Shown: positions 15,740 through 24,979 of the stretch, in pieces | Numbering within the stretch: the stretch's first letter is position 1 | Layout: every line of letters starts with the position of its first letter | Origin: an uncultured Gemmatimonadales bacterium | Lineage (GTDB): Bacteria > Gemmatimonadota > Gemmatimonadetes > Longimicrobiales > RSA9 | Assembly (NCBI GenBank): GCA_963816355.1 | Contig: CAWFKH010000003.1 | Coordinates: forward strand, 128,001-192,000 | Reading direction: 5' to 3' | Length of the DNA stretch: 64,000 nt | Notes under the pieces: generated by a model | Database searches by the model: none | The model's input: only the letters and a program-made list of their open reading frames with translations | Told to the model about the DNA's origin: nothing | Translations under genes and position numbers: made by a program

Positions 15740-16315
15740 ATGCGCCATGCCGAAGCCCGCTCGCCGCACCGCGCCGTCGGCGCCCTTCTCGTCGTCGGCG
15801 CCGCGCTGCTTTCTTCCGCCTGCTCCCTGCGCGCCCAGGACGCGGCGAGCGGCCCACCGAAGAGCCAGCACGGAAGCGTGTCCCAGACGGTGGCCGGGAC
15901 GCGCATCGCGATCGAGTACGATCGGCCGAGCGCGCGCGGGCGCCGGCTGTTCGGCGACGACGGCGTCGTCGTCTATGGCGCGTTGTGGACGCCAGGCGCG
16001 AACCGCGCGACGACGATCGAGTTCTCCGCGGACGTGCGCGTGGCGGGGCAGCCCGTGGCTGCGGGGCGCTACAGCGTGTGGACGATCCCGGGGCCCGCGC
16101 AGTGGACGCTCATCCTGAACCGCCGCTGGAACACGTTCCACACGCGCTATCCCGGCAAGGAGCTGGACGCGCTGCGGGTGCGGCTCACGCCGGAGCGTGG
16201 CGCGCCCATGGAGACGCTCGCCTACTATTTTCCGGTCGTGCACGATTACGACGCCGTGCTGCGCATGCAGTGGGGCGAGCTGGTCCTGCCGATCCCGATC
16301 GAAGTCGCGCGCTGA
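15740..16315 (+). CDS. DUF2911-family exported protein
   Basis: IEYDRPSARGRRLFG...VYGALWTPGANRATTIEF...AGRYSVWTIPG pattern. Confidence 0.8.
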   Translation: MRHAEARSPHRAVGALLVVGAALLSSACSLRAQDAASGPPKSQHGSVSQTVAGTRIAIEYDRPSARGRRLFGDDGVVVYGALWTPGANRATTIEFSADVRVAGQPVAAGRYSVWTIPGPAQWTLILNRRWNTFHTRYPGKELDALRVRLTPERGAPMETLAYYFPVVHDYDAVLRMQWGELVLPIPIEVAR

Positions 16316-16364
16316 GCGCCGCAGCGCGGCCTCGTTGTCGCGGCCCGCGACCGCGAGCTCGCCG

Positions 16365-18812
16365 TCAGCGGCTGCTGATGCGCACCCCGCGGCCCTCGTC
16401 CGCGCCCGGCTCCCCGCCGTCCACCGTGCCGGGAAGGATGCGCGCGCCGAGTGTGCGCCCGAGCGCGGTCACCGGCGTGAGGTCGTAGCGGTCCTCCTCC
16501 GCGCGGTCGTCGCCGCGGCCGAAGATGTCGTGGAAGACGCGTGAGAACCAGCCGCCCGCCGATCGCGGACGGGGACACACCGCGTCCGGCACGCTGCCGC
16601 GCACGAACGGCACGCGCAGCGGCACGTCGCCGTACTCCGTGCCGCAGCCCTGCTCGACCGTCGCACCGCTCGCGGGGTCGACGTCGCGATAGACGACGCC
16701 GTCCGGGACGCGCCAGTCGTCATAGGCGGAGCCGGCATCGGTGATGCGGCGGACGAGGCGGCCCCACACCGGCGCCGCGAGTACGCCACCGCTGGCGTGC
16801 GCCAGGATCGGTCGCGGCTGGTCGAATCCGATCCACACCCCCGCCACCACGTCCGGCGTGTAGCCGACGAACCACGCATCCTTGGCGTCGCTCGTCGTCC
16901 CGGTCTTGCCTGCGGCCGTGCCCCAGAAGCCGGCCGACCGCACCGCCCGTCCCGTGCCGCGGTCCACCACCTGCCGCAGTATGTCCGTCAGCACGTACGC
17001 CACCGCCGGATCCAGCGCCTCCTCCCGGCGGATCGGCGGCCGCCACAGCTCCTCGCCCGTGGAATCCTCCACGCTCACCACGAAGCGCGGCGCCACCCGC
17101 TCTCCGAGGTTGGCGAACGCCGTGTATGCCGCGGTCAGCTCGAGCGGCGAGAGCGACACCGTGCCGAGCGCCATCGACGGCTGCCGCGGAATGTCCGCCG
17201 TCACGCCCGCGTCCCGCGCGATCTGCGCGATCGGGTCCACGCCCACCGCCTGCGCCAGCCGCACCGTCGGCACGTTGCGCGAGTGCACGAGCGCGTGGCG
17301 GAGGTCGACCAACCCCTCGTAATCGCCCTCGTAGTTCGTCGGTCGCCAGACGCGATGCGCCGAGAGCCTCACCGCGATCGGTTCGTCCATCACGGGCTGC
17401 GTCGGCGCGAAGCCCGCCCGCAGCGCCGCGGCGTAGACGAACGGCTTGAACGCGCTGCCCACCTGCCGCCGCCCCGCGACCGCGCGGTCGAAGCGCGACT
17501 GCCGGTGATCGCGTCCGCCGACGAGCGCGAGCACGTCCCCGGTGCGCGCCTGCAGCACGACTACCGCTCCCTGCAGATAGCGCGTGCCGGACGCGTCCAG
17601 CCCCCCCGCCGCGCCGTACTTCGGAGCCCGCAGCCGGCCGTAGCGGCCCCGCTCGACCGCCCGGAGCTGATCGGCCAGCTCCGACTCCGCCGCCCGCTGC
17701 GCCTTCGCGTCCAGCGTCGTCCGCACCCGCAGCCCCGTGCCGTACAGCTTCTCGCCGAAGCGCCGCTCGAGAACGCCCCGCACCTCGTCGACGTAGTAGG
17801 CCGCGAACGGGCCGGCCGACGACGCGTGCGCGTCCGCCACCGCCAGCTCCGCCTGCGCCGCCGACCGCGCCCGCTCCGCCGTGATCCAACCCTGCCGCGC
17901 CATCAGACCGAGCACGAGGTCGCGCCGCCGCCGCACCGCATCCGGCCGCTCCCGTGGATCGTAATAGCCCGGCCGCCGCACCACCCCCGCGAGCACCGCC
18001 GCCTGCGACAGCGTCAGCCGCGACGCCGGCCGGTCGAAATAGTCGCGTGACGCCGCATCAATGCCGTAGGCGCCGTCGCCGAAGTAGATGTGGTTCAGGT
18101 AAAGCTCCAGGATCTCACGCTTGCTGAACCGCCGCTCGATCCCCAGCGCCACGCGCGCCTCGAACAGCTTGCGCCGCAGCGTCCGCTGCCTCGCCGCCAG
18201 CCGCTGCGGAAACAGGTTGCGCGCGAGCTGCATGGTGATCGTGCTCGCGCCCTCCTCGTAGCCTCCGGAGCGTACGTCCCGCAGCGCCGCCCCCAGCACC
18301 CGCACCGCGTCCACGCCGCCGTGACGGAAGAAGCGGTGATCCTCCACCGCCACGAACGCCGGCGCCACGTACGCGGGCAGCGAGTCGATCGGCACCACCC
18401 GGTGGTCCACCGGCATGAGCCGCGCGAAAGCGCGACCGTCCCGATCCAGGAGCACCGGCGCGCTCTCCGGCTGGTACGCCACCAGCTCCGCCGGGTCCGG
18501 GCAACCCCGCAGACCGCACGTCCCCCACGACACCCCCGCCAGCAGCCAGGCCGCCGCCGCCGCCCACCACACCGCCCGCACCGACCACCGCGGCAGACGC
18601 CGGCCCGCCGACAACACGCCCCGCTGCAACGACCCCAGTGACCCCAGCGACCACCGCGGCAGACCCCGGCCCACCGACGACGCCCTCCGCTGCAGCCACC
18701 CCAGCGCCGCCAACGCCGCTTCCGCGCACCCGCGCGCTGCCCGCCCGATGCGAGCGCGTAGCCCCGATCGCTCCTCCCCTCCGCCCCCGCCGCGGTACTG
18801 CTCCGCTCCCAT
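16365..18812 (-). CDS. Class A penicillin-binding protein (PBP1A family, transglycosylase-transpeptidase); start uncertain
   Basis: EDHRFFRHGGVD, GASTITMQLARN, RKLFE, ILELYLN; SAFK, SRN and KTG transpeptidase motifs. Confidence 0.9.
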   Translation of the reverse strand: MGAEQYRGGGGGEERSGLRARIGRAARGCAEAALAALGWLQRRASSVGRGLPRWSLGSLGSLQRGVLSAGRRLPRWSVRAVWWAAAAAWLLAGVSWGTCGLRGCPDPAELVAYQPESAPVLLDRDGRAFARLMPVDHRVVPIDSLPAYVAPAFVAVEDHRFFRHGGVDAVRVLGAALRDVRSGGYEEGASTITMQLARNLFPQRLAARQRTLRRKLFEARVALGIERRFSKREILELYLNHIYFGDGAYGIDAASRDYFDRPASRLTLSQAAVLAGVVRRPGYYDPRERPDAVRRRRDLVLGLMARQGWITAERARSAAQAELAVADAHASSAGPFAAYYVDEVRGVLERRFGEKLYGTGLRVRTTLDAKAQRAAESELADQLRAVERGRYGRLRAPKYGAAGGLDASGTRYLQGAVVVLQARTGDVLALVGGRDHRQSRFDRAVAGRRQVGSAFKPFVYAAALRAGFAPTQPVMDEPIAVRLSAHRVWRPTNYEGDYEGLVDLRHALVHSRNVPTVRLAQAVGVDPIAQIARDAGVTADIPRQPSMALGTVSLSPLELTAAYTAFANLGERVAPRFVVSVEDSTGEELWRPPIRREEALDPAVAYVLTDILRQVVDRGTGRAVRSAGFWGTAAGKTGTTSDAKDAWFVGYTPDVVAGVWIGFDQPRPILAHASGGVLAAPVWGRLVRRITDAGSAYDDWRVPDGVVYRDVDPASGATVEQGCGTEYGDVPLRVPFVRGSVPDAVCPRPRSAGGWFSRVFHDIFGRGDDRAEEDRYDLTPVTALGRTLGARILPGTVDGGEPGADEGRGVRISSR

Positions 18813-18998
18813 GTTCGCCCCTGTCCCTCGAGATGCTCTCGCTCCCCGCATCGCTCGTGCCGCCCGCCACCTCTTAGTACGGTCCGCGCGCCGCGAAGGT
18901 TGCCCGCGCCCGCTCCTTGCCGGCGCGTGCGTCGCCCGGTTTTCCACCGTTGCGGCGTTCGCGCCGTGGAAAGAGGTGGGTGTTGCGTGGAAACCCTG

Positions 18999-19024
18999 TT
19001 CACAACAGCCGCCTCTGTTGTGAA
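18999..19024. promoter_or_regulatory. Perfect 10-bp inverted repeat in an AT-rich divergent intergenic region
   Basis: TTCACAACAG-ccgcct-CTGTTGTGAA. Confidence 0.5.
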
Positions 19025-19160
19025 TTCCAACTGTTACAAAACCCGAACCGCAGGCGTTGCAGGCAGATGCGCCAGAGGCGCGATGCGTCTTTTCGGGAAT
19101 CTTCGAGGCGTGCCACGTAGGTTGTGCTCTCGCAATCGTTTACGCGGCTGAGTCGGACGC

Positions 19161-19189
19161 TTGACGTGGGTGTGCCGCGGGTTTATCAT
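19161..19189 (+). promoter_or_regulatory. Sigma70-type promoter
   Basis: TTGACG (19161-66), 17-bp spacer, TATCAT (19184-89); unlikely by chance in this GC background. Confidence 0.75.
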
Positions 19190-19195
19190 TGTTCC

Positions 19196-19480
19196 AGACG
19201 TCAGCGGCCGGGCGGCCAACACGGCTGAGGGCGTCGCCTCCCGAAGGGACGCTTTTCGGAGGCAGCTCGATGGAAGTTCGGACCCGTCGAGCCGACTGCG
19301 AGGTCACTGGCCGCAGTCGAAGCCCCTGGCCAGGGGCACCCGAGTCGCGAGGCCGCGTGGCGAGGGAAAGAGAGTGGGATCCGGCTGAGCCTTCGGGCAC
19401 GGCACCGAACCTAGCGGAACTCGGCTCTCGCCAGTAGCTCGAACCCCCGACATTGGATTCGTCCAATGCTCGGGGGTTCT
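19196..19480 (+). ncRNA. Unassigned, highly structured non-coding RNA or 5' leader
   Basis: Starts right after the promoter; consecutive stems, C(UUCG)G tetraloop, crossing long-range pairings, closing hairpin; no credible ORF. Confidence 0.7.
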
Positions 19481-19482
19481 TG
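19441..19482 (+). terminator. 17-bp hairpin with UUCG loop (terminator-like, weak U-tract)
   Basis: GAACCCCCGA-CATTGGA-ttcg-TCCAATG-c-TCGGGGGTTC followed by TTG. Confidence 0.6.
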
Positions 19483-19614
19483 CATCGGTATGCGCCGCCG
19501 CCGCCGCCGCAATGCGTGTGCTCGTGTTGCGATCCCCGTAGCAAGCGCGCATCCTACCGGGAGACCGGATCGCCACCAGCCGGATCGTCCTCTCCTTCGA
19601 CCCCGAAACCGACG

Positions 19615-22600
19615 ATGAGCGTTCTCCCTCCGAGGCCCTCGGGCCAGCCGGCGCGTCCATCCGTTCGCCTGGCCGTGGCGGTGGCCGCTGTCGCCGCCAT
19701 GCTCCCGTTCCAGCCGGCGCGCGCGGCGGCGCCCCCCTACCTGCGGCAGCCGTCGCTGCACGGGGAAACGCTGGTGTTCGCGGCGGAGGGCGACCTGTGG
19801 CGGGTGGACCTGGCAGGCGGTCTCGCGCGTCGGCTGACGACGGGCGAGGGAGAGGAGAGCGAGCCGGCGATCGATCCGACGGGGGCGCGGGTGGCGTTCA
19901 CGGGCACGTACGAGGGAGTATCGGACGTGTACGTGATGCCGCTGGAGGGCGGCGTGCCGCAGCGGCTGACGTGGGAGGGTGGCGGCGGGCGCGCGGCGCC
20001 GCGCGCGGTCGGGTGGACGCGCGACGGGCGGGTGCTGGTGGCGAGCCCGGGGCACTCGACGCTGCCCGGCGTGCGTCTCGAGTCGATCGATCCCGGGACG
20101 GGCGACGTCGCGGCGATCCCGTTGGCAGAGGCGGCGTTCGGGACGTACACGGACGCGGGCGACCTCGTCTTCACGCGCTACCCGTTCCAGGGCTCGCACG
20201 CGAGGCGGTATCGGGGTGGGACGGCCGAGACGCTCTGGTCGTTCGCGAAGGGGGCGTCACGCGCCGCGCCGCTCACCGCCGACTACCCGGGCACGAGCAA
20301 GGATCCGATGGTGTGGGGGGGTCGTCTCTTCTTCCTCTCCGACCGTGACGGCACGATGAACGTGTGGTCCGGCGCGGTGCCGGCGGCAGCGGCCGCGTCG
20401 CGCGGCGGCGGCGCAGCGGCGGAGGCGGGTCTCGCGGAGTTGACGCAGGTCACGCACGAGACGGCCTGGGACGTGCGCGAGGCGACGATCTCGGACGGCG
20501 TCCTGGTCTACCGCGTGGGGGCGGAGCTGCGCCGGCTGGACCTTGCCGGGGGCGATTCCGCGGGCGTCGGCCGCGTGATCCCGATCGTGCTCCCCTCGGA
20601 TTTCGCTCAGGAGCAGGAGCGGTGGGTGACGGAGCCGATGAAGTGGGTCACGGCCGTGGCGCTGTCGCCGAGCGGGGACCGGGTGGCGCTGACGGCGCGC
20701 GGCGAGGTCTTCGTGGCGCCCACCGGCCGGGAGGGAGGACGCCTGGTTCGCGTGACGCGCGGGAAGGACGTGAGGTATCGCGAGGCGACGTGGTCGCCGG
20801 ACGGCCGTTCGCTGATCGCGCTCTCGGACGAGTCGGGCGAGGTGGAGGTGTGGCGGTTGCCCGCGAACGGCGTGGGCCCGCGTACGCAGCTCACGCGTGG
20901 CGGCACGATCCTGCGCTGGCGCGCGCTCCCCTCTCCGGACGGCGCTCGCGTCGCGCACACGGACAAGGACGGCCGCCTGTGGGTGACGGAGACGACGTCC
21001 GCGCGCACGACGCCCGTCGTGACGGACACGTTGTCGGGCGACGCGCCCGGCGACCTGGCGTGGTCGCCGGACGGCCGCTGGCTGGCGTTCGTGCAATCGA
21101 CGGCGAACGGACTGCAGCAGATCCGGCTCTGGGATTCGCGCTCCGGCTCCATTACGGCGGTCACGACCGACCGGCTCGCCAGCTACTCGCCGGCGTGGAG
21201 CCCGGATGGCAAGTGGCTCTGGTTCCTGAGCGACCGTCGCTTCGAGTCGATCGTGGGCGCGCCGTGGGGGGCGTACTGGCCGGAACCGTACTTCGACCGG
21301 CCGACGAAGGTGTACGCGCTGGCGCTCGATTCTGCGGCGCCGTTCCCGCTGGGGGACCGGACGGAGCTGGACGCGCCGGCACGTGGCGGTGAGGACCAGG
21401 CGGAGGGAGCGGGGCGTGAGGGGCGGGGCGCGCGGATGGCGGCCGGCACCGCGGCGCGGGACGAGGGCGCGGGCGGGCGGGCGGGCGTCGTCGTCGGTGA
21501 CATCGTGCCGCGGGTGGCGCTCGACGCCCCCGGCCGGAGACTGTTCGAGGTGCCGCTCGAGGCGGGCAACTATTCGGCGCTGTCGACGGACGGGAAGCGG
21601 CTCTACCTCCTCGACCGCGACGCCGGCCGGAGGGAGCGGCGACTGCTGGCGGTCGAGCTGAAGAAGGGGCCGCTGGCGGCGAAGACGCTCGCGAGCGACG
21701 TCGCCTTCTACGACCTCTCCGCGGATGGCGGGAAGCTGCTCGTGCGCAAGGGTGACGCGCTCTACGTGTTCGACGCGGGGACGCGCGCGCCGGAGAAGCT
21801 GGCGGAGGCCGCGGTCGATCTGAAGGGGTGGAAGTTCGCGTTCGATCCGCGCGAGGAGTGGCGCCAGATGTTCGCGGATGCGTGGCGTCTCCATCGCGAC
21901 TATTTCTGGGATCCGGGAATGCGCGGCGTCGACTGGAAGTCGATCCGCGAGAAGTACGCGCCGCTCGTGGAGCGCGTCACGGAGCGCGACGAGCTGGCGG
22001 ACCTGCTCGGCATGATGATCAGCGAGCTGTCGACGCTGCACGCCTTCATCCGCGCGGGGGACACGCGGCAGGGCGACGTCGAGGTTGCGCCGGCATCGCT
22101 CGGGGCGGAGCTGGCGCGCGACTCCGCCGCCGGCGGCTGGCGCGTCGTGCACGTCTACCGCGCGGACCCGGACCTGCCGGATGCCGTCGCGCCGCTGGAT
22201 CGCCCGGACGTCCGCGTGGGAGCCGGCGACGTCGTCCTCGCGGTCGACGGACGGGCGACGCTGTCGGCGCCCGATCCTGGTGCGCTGCTCCGGGGCAAAG
22301 CGGGCGAGCAGGTGTTGCTGCGGGTGCGCGCGGCGGACGGCGGCGCGCCGCGCGACGTCGTGGTGGAGCCGATCACGCCCGCGCGCGCCGCGGACCTGCG
22401 CTACGCGGAGTGGGAGTACACGCGACGCCTGCTGGTGGACTCGCTCTCCGGCGGACGCATCGGCTACGTCCACCTGCGCGCGATGAGCACGGGAGACGCG
22501 GCGCAGTTCGCGAGGGATTTCCAGGCGGCGCTCGGCAAGGACGCTCTCGTGTTCGACGACCGCCACAACCGCGGCGGCAACATCGACTCGTGGGTGCTCG

Positions 22601-23064
22601 ACCGCCTCGCGCGCAGGGCGTGGATGTGGTGGAAAGGGCGGACAGGCGTGCCGTACCCGAACATGCAGCAGGCGTTCATCGGGCCGATGGCCGCGCTCGT
22701 CGACGCGCATACGGCGAGCGACGGCGAGGCGTTCGCGGAGGGGTTCCGCCGGCTCGGACTCGGCAAGGTGGTCGGCGTGCGGACGTGGGGCGGTGAGATC
22801 TGGCTCACCTCCTCGAATCTGCTGGTCGACAACGGCATCGCCAGCGCGGCCGAGTTCGGCGTATACGGTCCCGAGGGGCGCTGGCTGATCGAGGGTCACG
22901 GGGTGGACCCCGACACGGTGGTCGACGACGATCCGGCGGAGAGCTTCGCGGGACGCGACGCCCAGCTCGAGGCGGCGGTGAAGATGCTGCTTTCGGAGAT
23001 CGAGCGCGATCCGCCGCGGCGGCCGAAGCCGCCGCCGTACCCGGGTCATCGGCCGGGGCGCTGA
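19615..23064 (+). CDS. Tricorn protease (S41 family; beta-propellers, PDZ, catalytic domain)
   Basis: PD40-like repeats (WSPDGR), EEWRQMFADAWR, IGYVHL, DDRHNRGGN, ASDGE, GVRTWGG. Confidence 0.92.
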   Translation: MSVLPPRPSGQPARPSVRLAVAVAAVAAMLPFQPARAAAPPYLRQPSLHGETLVFAAEGDLWRVDLAGGLARRLTTGEGEESEPAIDPTGARVAFTGTYEGVSDVYVMPLEGGVPQRLTWEGGGGRAAPRAVGWTRDGRVLVASPGHSTLPGVRLESIDPGTGDVAAIPLAEAAFGTYTDAGDLVFTRYPFQGSHARRYRGGTAETLWSFAKGASRAAPLTADYPGTSKDPMVWGGRLFFLSDRDGTMNVWSGAVPAAAAASRGGGAAAEAGLAELTQVTHETAWDVREATISDGVLVYRVGAELRRLDLAGGDSAGVGRVIPIVLPSDFAQEQERWVTEPMKWVTAVALSPSGDRVALTARGEVFVAPTGREGGRLVRVTRGKDVRYREATWSPDGRSLIALSDESGEVEVWRLPANGVGPRTQLTRGGTILRWRALPSPDGARVAHTDKDGRLWVTETTSARTTPVVTDTLSGDAPGDLAWSPDGRWLAFVQSTANGLQQIRLWDSRSGSITAVTTDRLASYSPAWSPDGKWLWFLSDRRFESIVGAPWGAYWPEPYFDRPTKVYALALDSAAPFPLGDRTELDAPARGGEDQAEGAGREGRGARMAAGTAARDEGAGGRAGVVVGDIVPRVALDAPGRRLFEVPLEAGNYSALSTDGKRLYLLDRDAGRRERRLLAVELKKGPLAAKTLASDVAFYDLSADGGKLLVRKGDALYVFDAGTRAPEKLAEAAVDLKGWKFAFDPREEWRQMFADAWRLHRDYFWDPGMRGVDWKSIREKYAPLVERVTERDELADLLGMMISELSTLHAFIRAGDTRQGDVEVAPASLGAELARDSAAGGWRVVHVYRADPDLPDAVAPLDRPDVRVGAGDVVLAVDGRATLSAPDPGALLRGKAGEQVLLRVRAADGGAPRDVVVEPITPARAADLRYAEWEYTRRLLVDSLSGGRIGYVHLRAMSTGDAAQFARDFQAALGKDALVFDDRHNRGGNIDSWVLDRLARRAWMWWKGRTGVPYPNMQQAFIGPMAALVDAHTASDGEAFAEGFRRLGLGKVVGVRTWGGEIWLTSSNLLVDNGIASAAEFGVYGPEGRWLIEGHGVDPDTVVDDDPAESFAGRDAQLEAAVKMLLSEIERDPPRRPKPPPYPGHRPGR

Positions 23065-23065
23065 C

Positions 23066-24487
23066 ATGGCGAGCACGCGCGCACCGGCCACGGCGGCACC
23101 GGGGGGCGGCCTGCTGCGCATCCTGGGCACCGCGTTCGGCCTGGCCATCGCGATCGGCGCCACGATCGGCGGCGGCATCGTCCGTACGCCCGGCGAGGTG
23201 GCGGCCCACCTGCCGTCGGCGGGCCTGTACATGGGGGTGTGGGCGCTCGGTGGCGTGGGCGCGCTCTTCGGCGCCACGATGTTCGCGGAGCTCGGAGCGG
23301 CCGTCCCGCGCTCCGGCGGCGTCTACGTCTTCGCGCACCGCGCGCTCGGCGACGGCGTCGGCTTCTTCGTCGGCTGGCTCGACTGGTTCAACTGGATGCT
23401 GGGTTGGGCGGGGCTCACGCTGATCGTGGGCGAATACACGACGGAGCTTCTTCCCGCGCTCGCCGGGCACGCCACGGCGGTCTCGCTCGCGGTGCTGACG
23501 GCGCTCGTGATCGCCGGGTGGCGCGGCACGCGCACGGCCGGCGGGATCCAGGAGGCGACGAGCCTGCTCAAGACGCTCGCGCTCCTGGCGCTGGTGGCCG
23601 CCGCGTTCGTGCTGCCGCACGCGGCGGTCGGTGTGGCCACGGGCGGCGCGGCGCGGGGAGGGGCGGGCGCGAGCGGCGGTGGCGGGGCCGCGGCCGCGGC
23701 GGGCGCCGCGCCGGCTCTGCCCCACGGCTGGGGGCTGCTGGTCGCGATGGCGCTGGCAATGCAGGGCGTCGTCTTCACGTACGACAGCTACTACGCCGTG
23801 GTCTACTGCGGCGAGGAGATGCGGGACCCGGGGCGGGAGGTGCCGCGCTCGGTCTTCCGCGGGCTGTGGCTGATCATCGGGATCTACCTGCTCGTCAACG
23901 CCGCATACCTGGCGGTGGTCCCGATCGGCCGCATGGCCGGGGACAACTTCGTGGGCGGCACGATGACGCGCGCCATCTTCGGCGCGCGCGGCGACGCGGC
24001 GATCCGCCTGCTGATGATCGTCTCCGTGCTCGGCACAGTGAACGCGCACGTGATCACGGTGCCGCGCATCATGCTCGCGATGTCGCGCGACGGCCTGTTT
24101 CCGCGCTTCGCGCGCCGCATCAACGCGGGAGGCACTCCGAGCGCCGCGCTGGGGGTGAGCTACGCCGTGACGGCGCTGTTCGTCCTCAGCGGCTCCTTCG
24201 CGACGATTCTCGGCATCGAGGGGATCGTCATCGTCACGATGTACGTGGTCACGTTCGTCTCCTTCTTCGTGCTGCGCCGGCGGGAGCCGGCGCTGGAGCG
24301 GCCGTATCGGGCGTGGGGCTACCCGTGGGTGCAGGGGGTGATGCTGCTCTTCACGGTGGCGCTGCTCGCCGCGATGGTCGTCGGGGACGTGATCCACGCG
24401 CTGGTCGTGCTGGTGCTGCTGCTGGCGAGCGGCCCGGCGGCGCGGCTGGCGCGCCGGTGGATCGGCTCGGACCCCCTCCGGGAGTGA
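23066..24487 (+). CDS. APC-family amino acid permease
   Basis: IGATIGGGIVRTPG, FAELGAAVPRSGGVY, many hydrophobic helices, RPYRAWGYP. Confidence 0.9.
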   Translation: MASTRAPATAAPGGGLLRILGTAFGLAIAIGATIGGGIVRTPGEVAAHLPSAGLYMGVWALGGVGALFGATMFAELGAAVPRSGGVYVFAHRALGDGVGFFVGWLDWFNWMLGWAGLTLIVGEYTTELLPALAGHATAVSLAVLTALVIAGWRGTRTAGGIQEATSLLKTLALLALVAAAFVLPHAAVGVATGGAARGGAGASGGGGAAAAAGAAPALPHGWGLLVAMALAMQGVVFTYDSYYAVVYCGEEMRDPGREVPRSVFRGLWLIIGIYLLVNAAYLAVVPIGRMAGDNFVGGTMTRAIFGARGDAAIRLLMIVSVLGTVNAHVITVPRIMLAMSRDGLFPRFARRINAGGTPSAALGVSYAVTALFVLSGSFATILGIEGIVIVTMYVVTFVSFFVLRRREPALERPYRAWGYPWVQGVMLLFTVALLAAMVVGDVIHALVVLVLLLASGPAARLARRWIGSDPLRE

Positions 24488-24527
24488 GGCGGAAGCGGCC
24501 GGCATCCCGGCGTGGACCGCCTCCGCC

Positions 24528-24818
24528 TCAGAACGAGCCGATCGCCTCCAGGCGCACGCGCAGGCGTCCGCCCTCGGCGCCGACCGCGCGGACGAACACC
24601 TCGCCGTCGTAGATCCGCTCGATTCCGCGGTCGTCCACGAGCACCCCTCTGTAGAGGGCGGGCAGGCCGTGGATGATGTAGCGGAGGCAGGTGTCGCGGT
24701 GGGCGAGCTCCGTGAAGAAGACGCCTTCCGCCCGGCGGTACCCCTCCGTCTGCACCGACAGATAGCCGCGACCGGTGAGGTCGCCGAGACTGGCCGGCAT
24801 GGAGACACGGTCGTGCAT
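24528..24818 (-). CDS. Small hypothetical protein
   Basis: Normal composition ORF with GAGG RBS before ATG 24818. Confidence 0.5.
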   Translation of the reverse strand: MHDRVSMPASLGDLTGRGYLSVQTEGYRRAEGVFFTELAHRDTCLRYIIHGLPALYRGVLVDDRGIERIYDGEVFVRAVGAEGGRLRVRLEAIGSF

Positions 24819-24979
24819 GGTCGTGGCGGTTCCTCGCGGCGCCCGGTCGTGTTCGCGACCGAATCTAACGCCACGGGTGCCGCGACCGCAGGTGCGCCCG
24901 CCACCGCGCGTGTCGCGCGGCGGGAGCAAGGCCGCCCGGCGCGCTCCGTGGACCGGCGCCGCGAGCGAAGCGCGGCGCC

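Noticed and set aside
18940..19045. Replication origin
   Set aside because: Boxes are degenerate, no dnaA/dnaN nearby, and similar skew flips occur elsewhere in the window
19196..19480. Identity as tmRNA, RNase P, SRP, 6S, tRNA or c-di-AMP riboswitch
   Set aside because: No tRNA-like ends or tag frame ending in AA-stop, no GAGGAAAGUCC, no SRP loop, not one long rod. An Rfam search is still needed.
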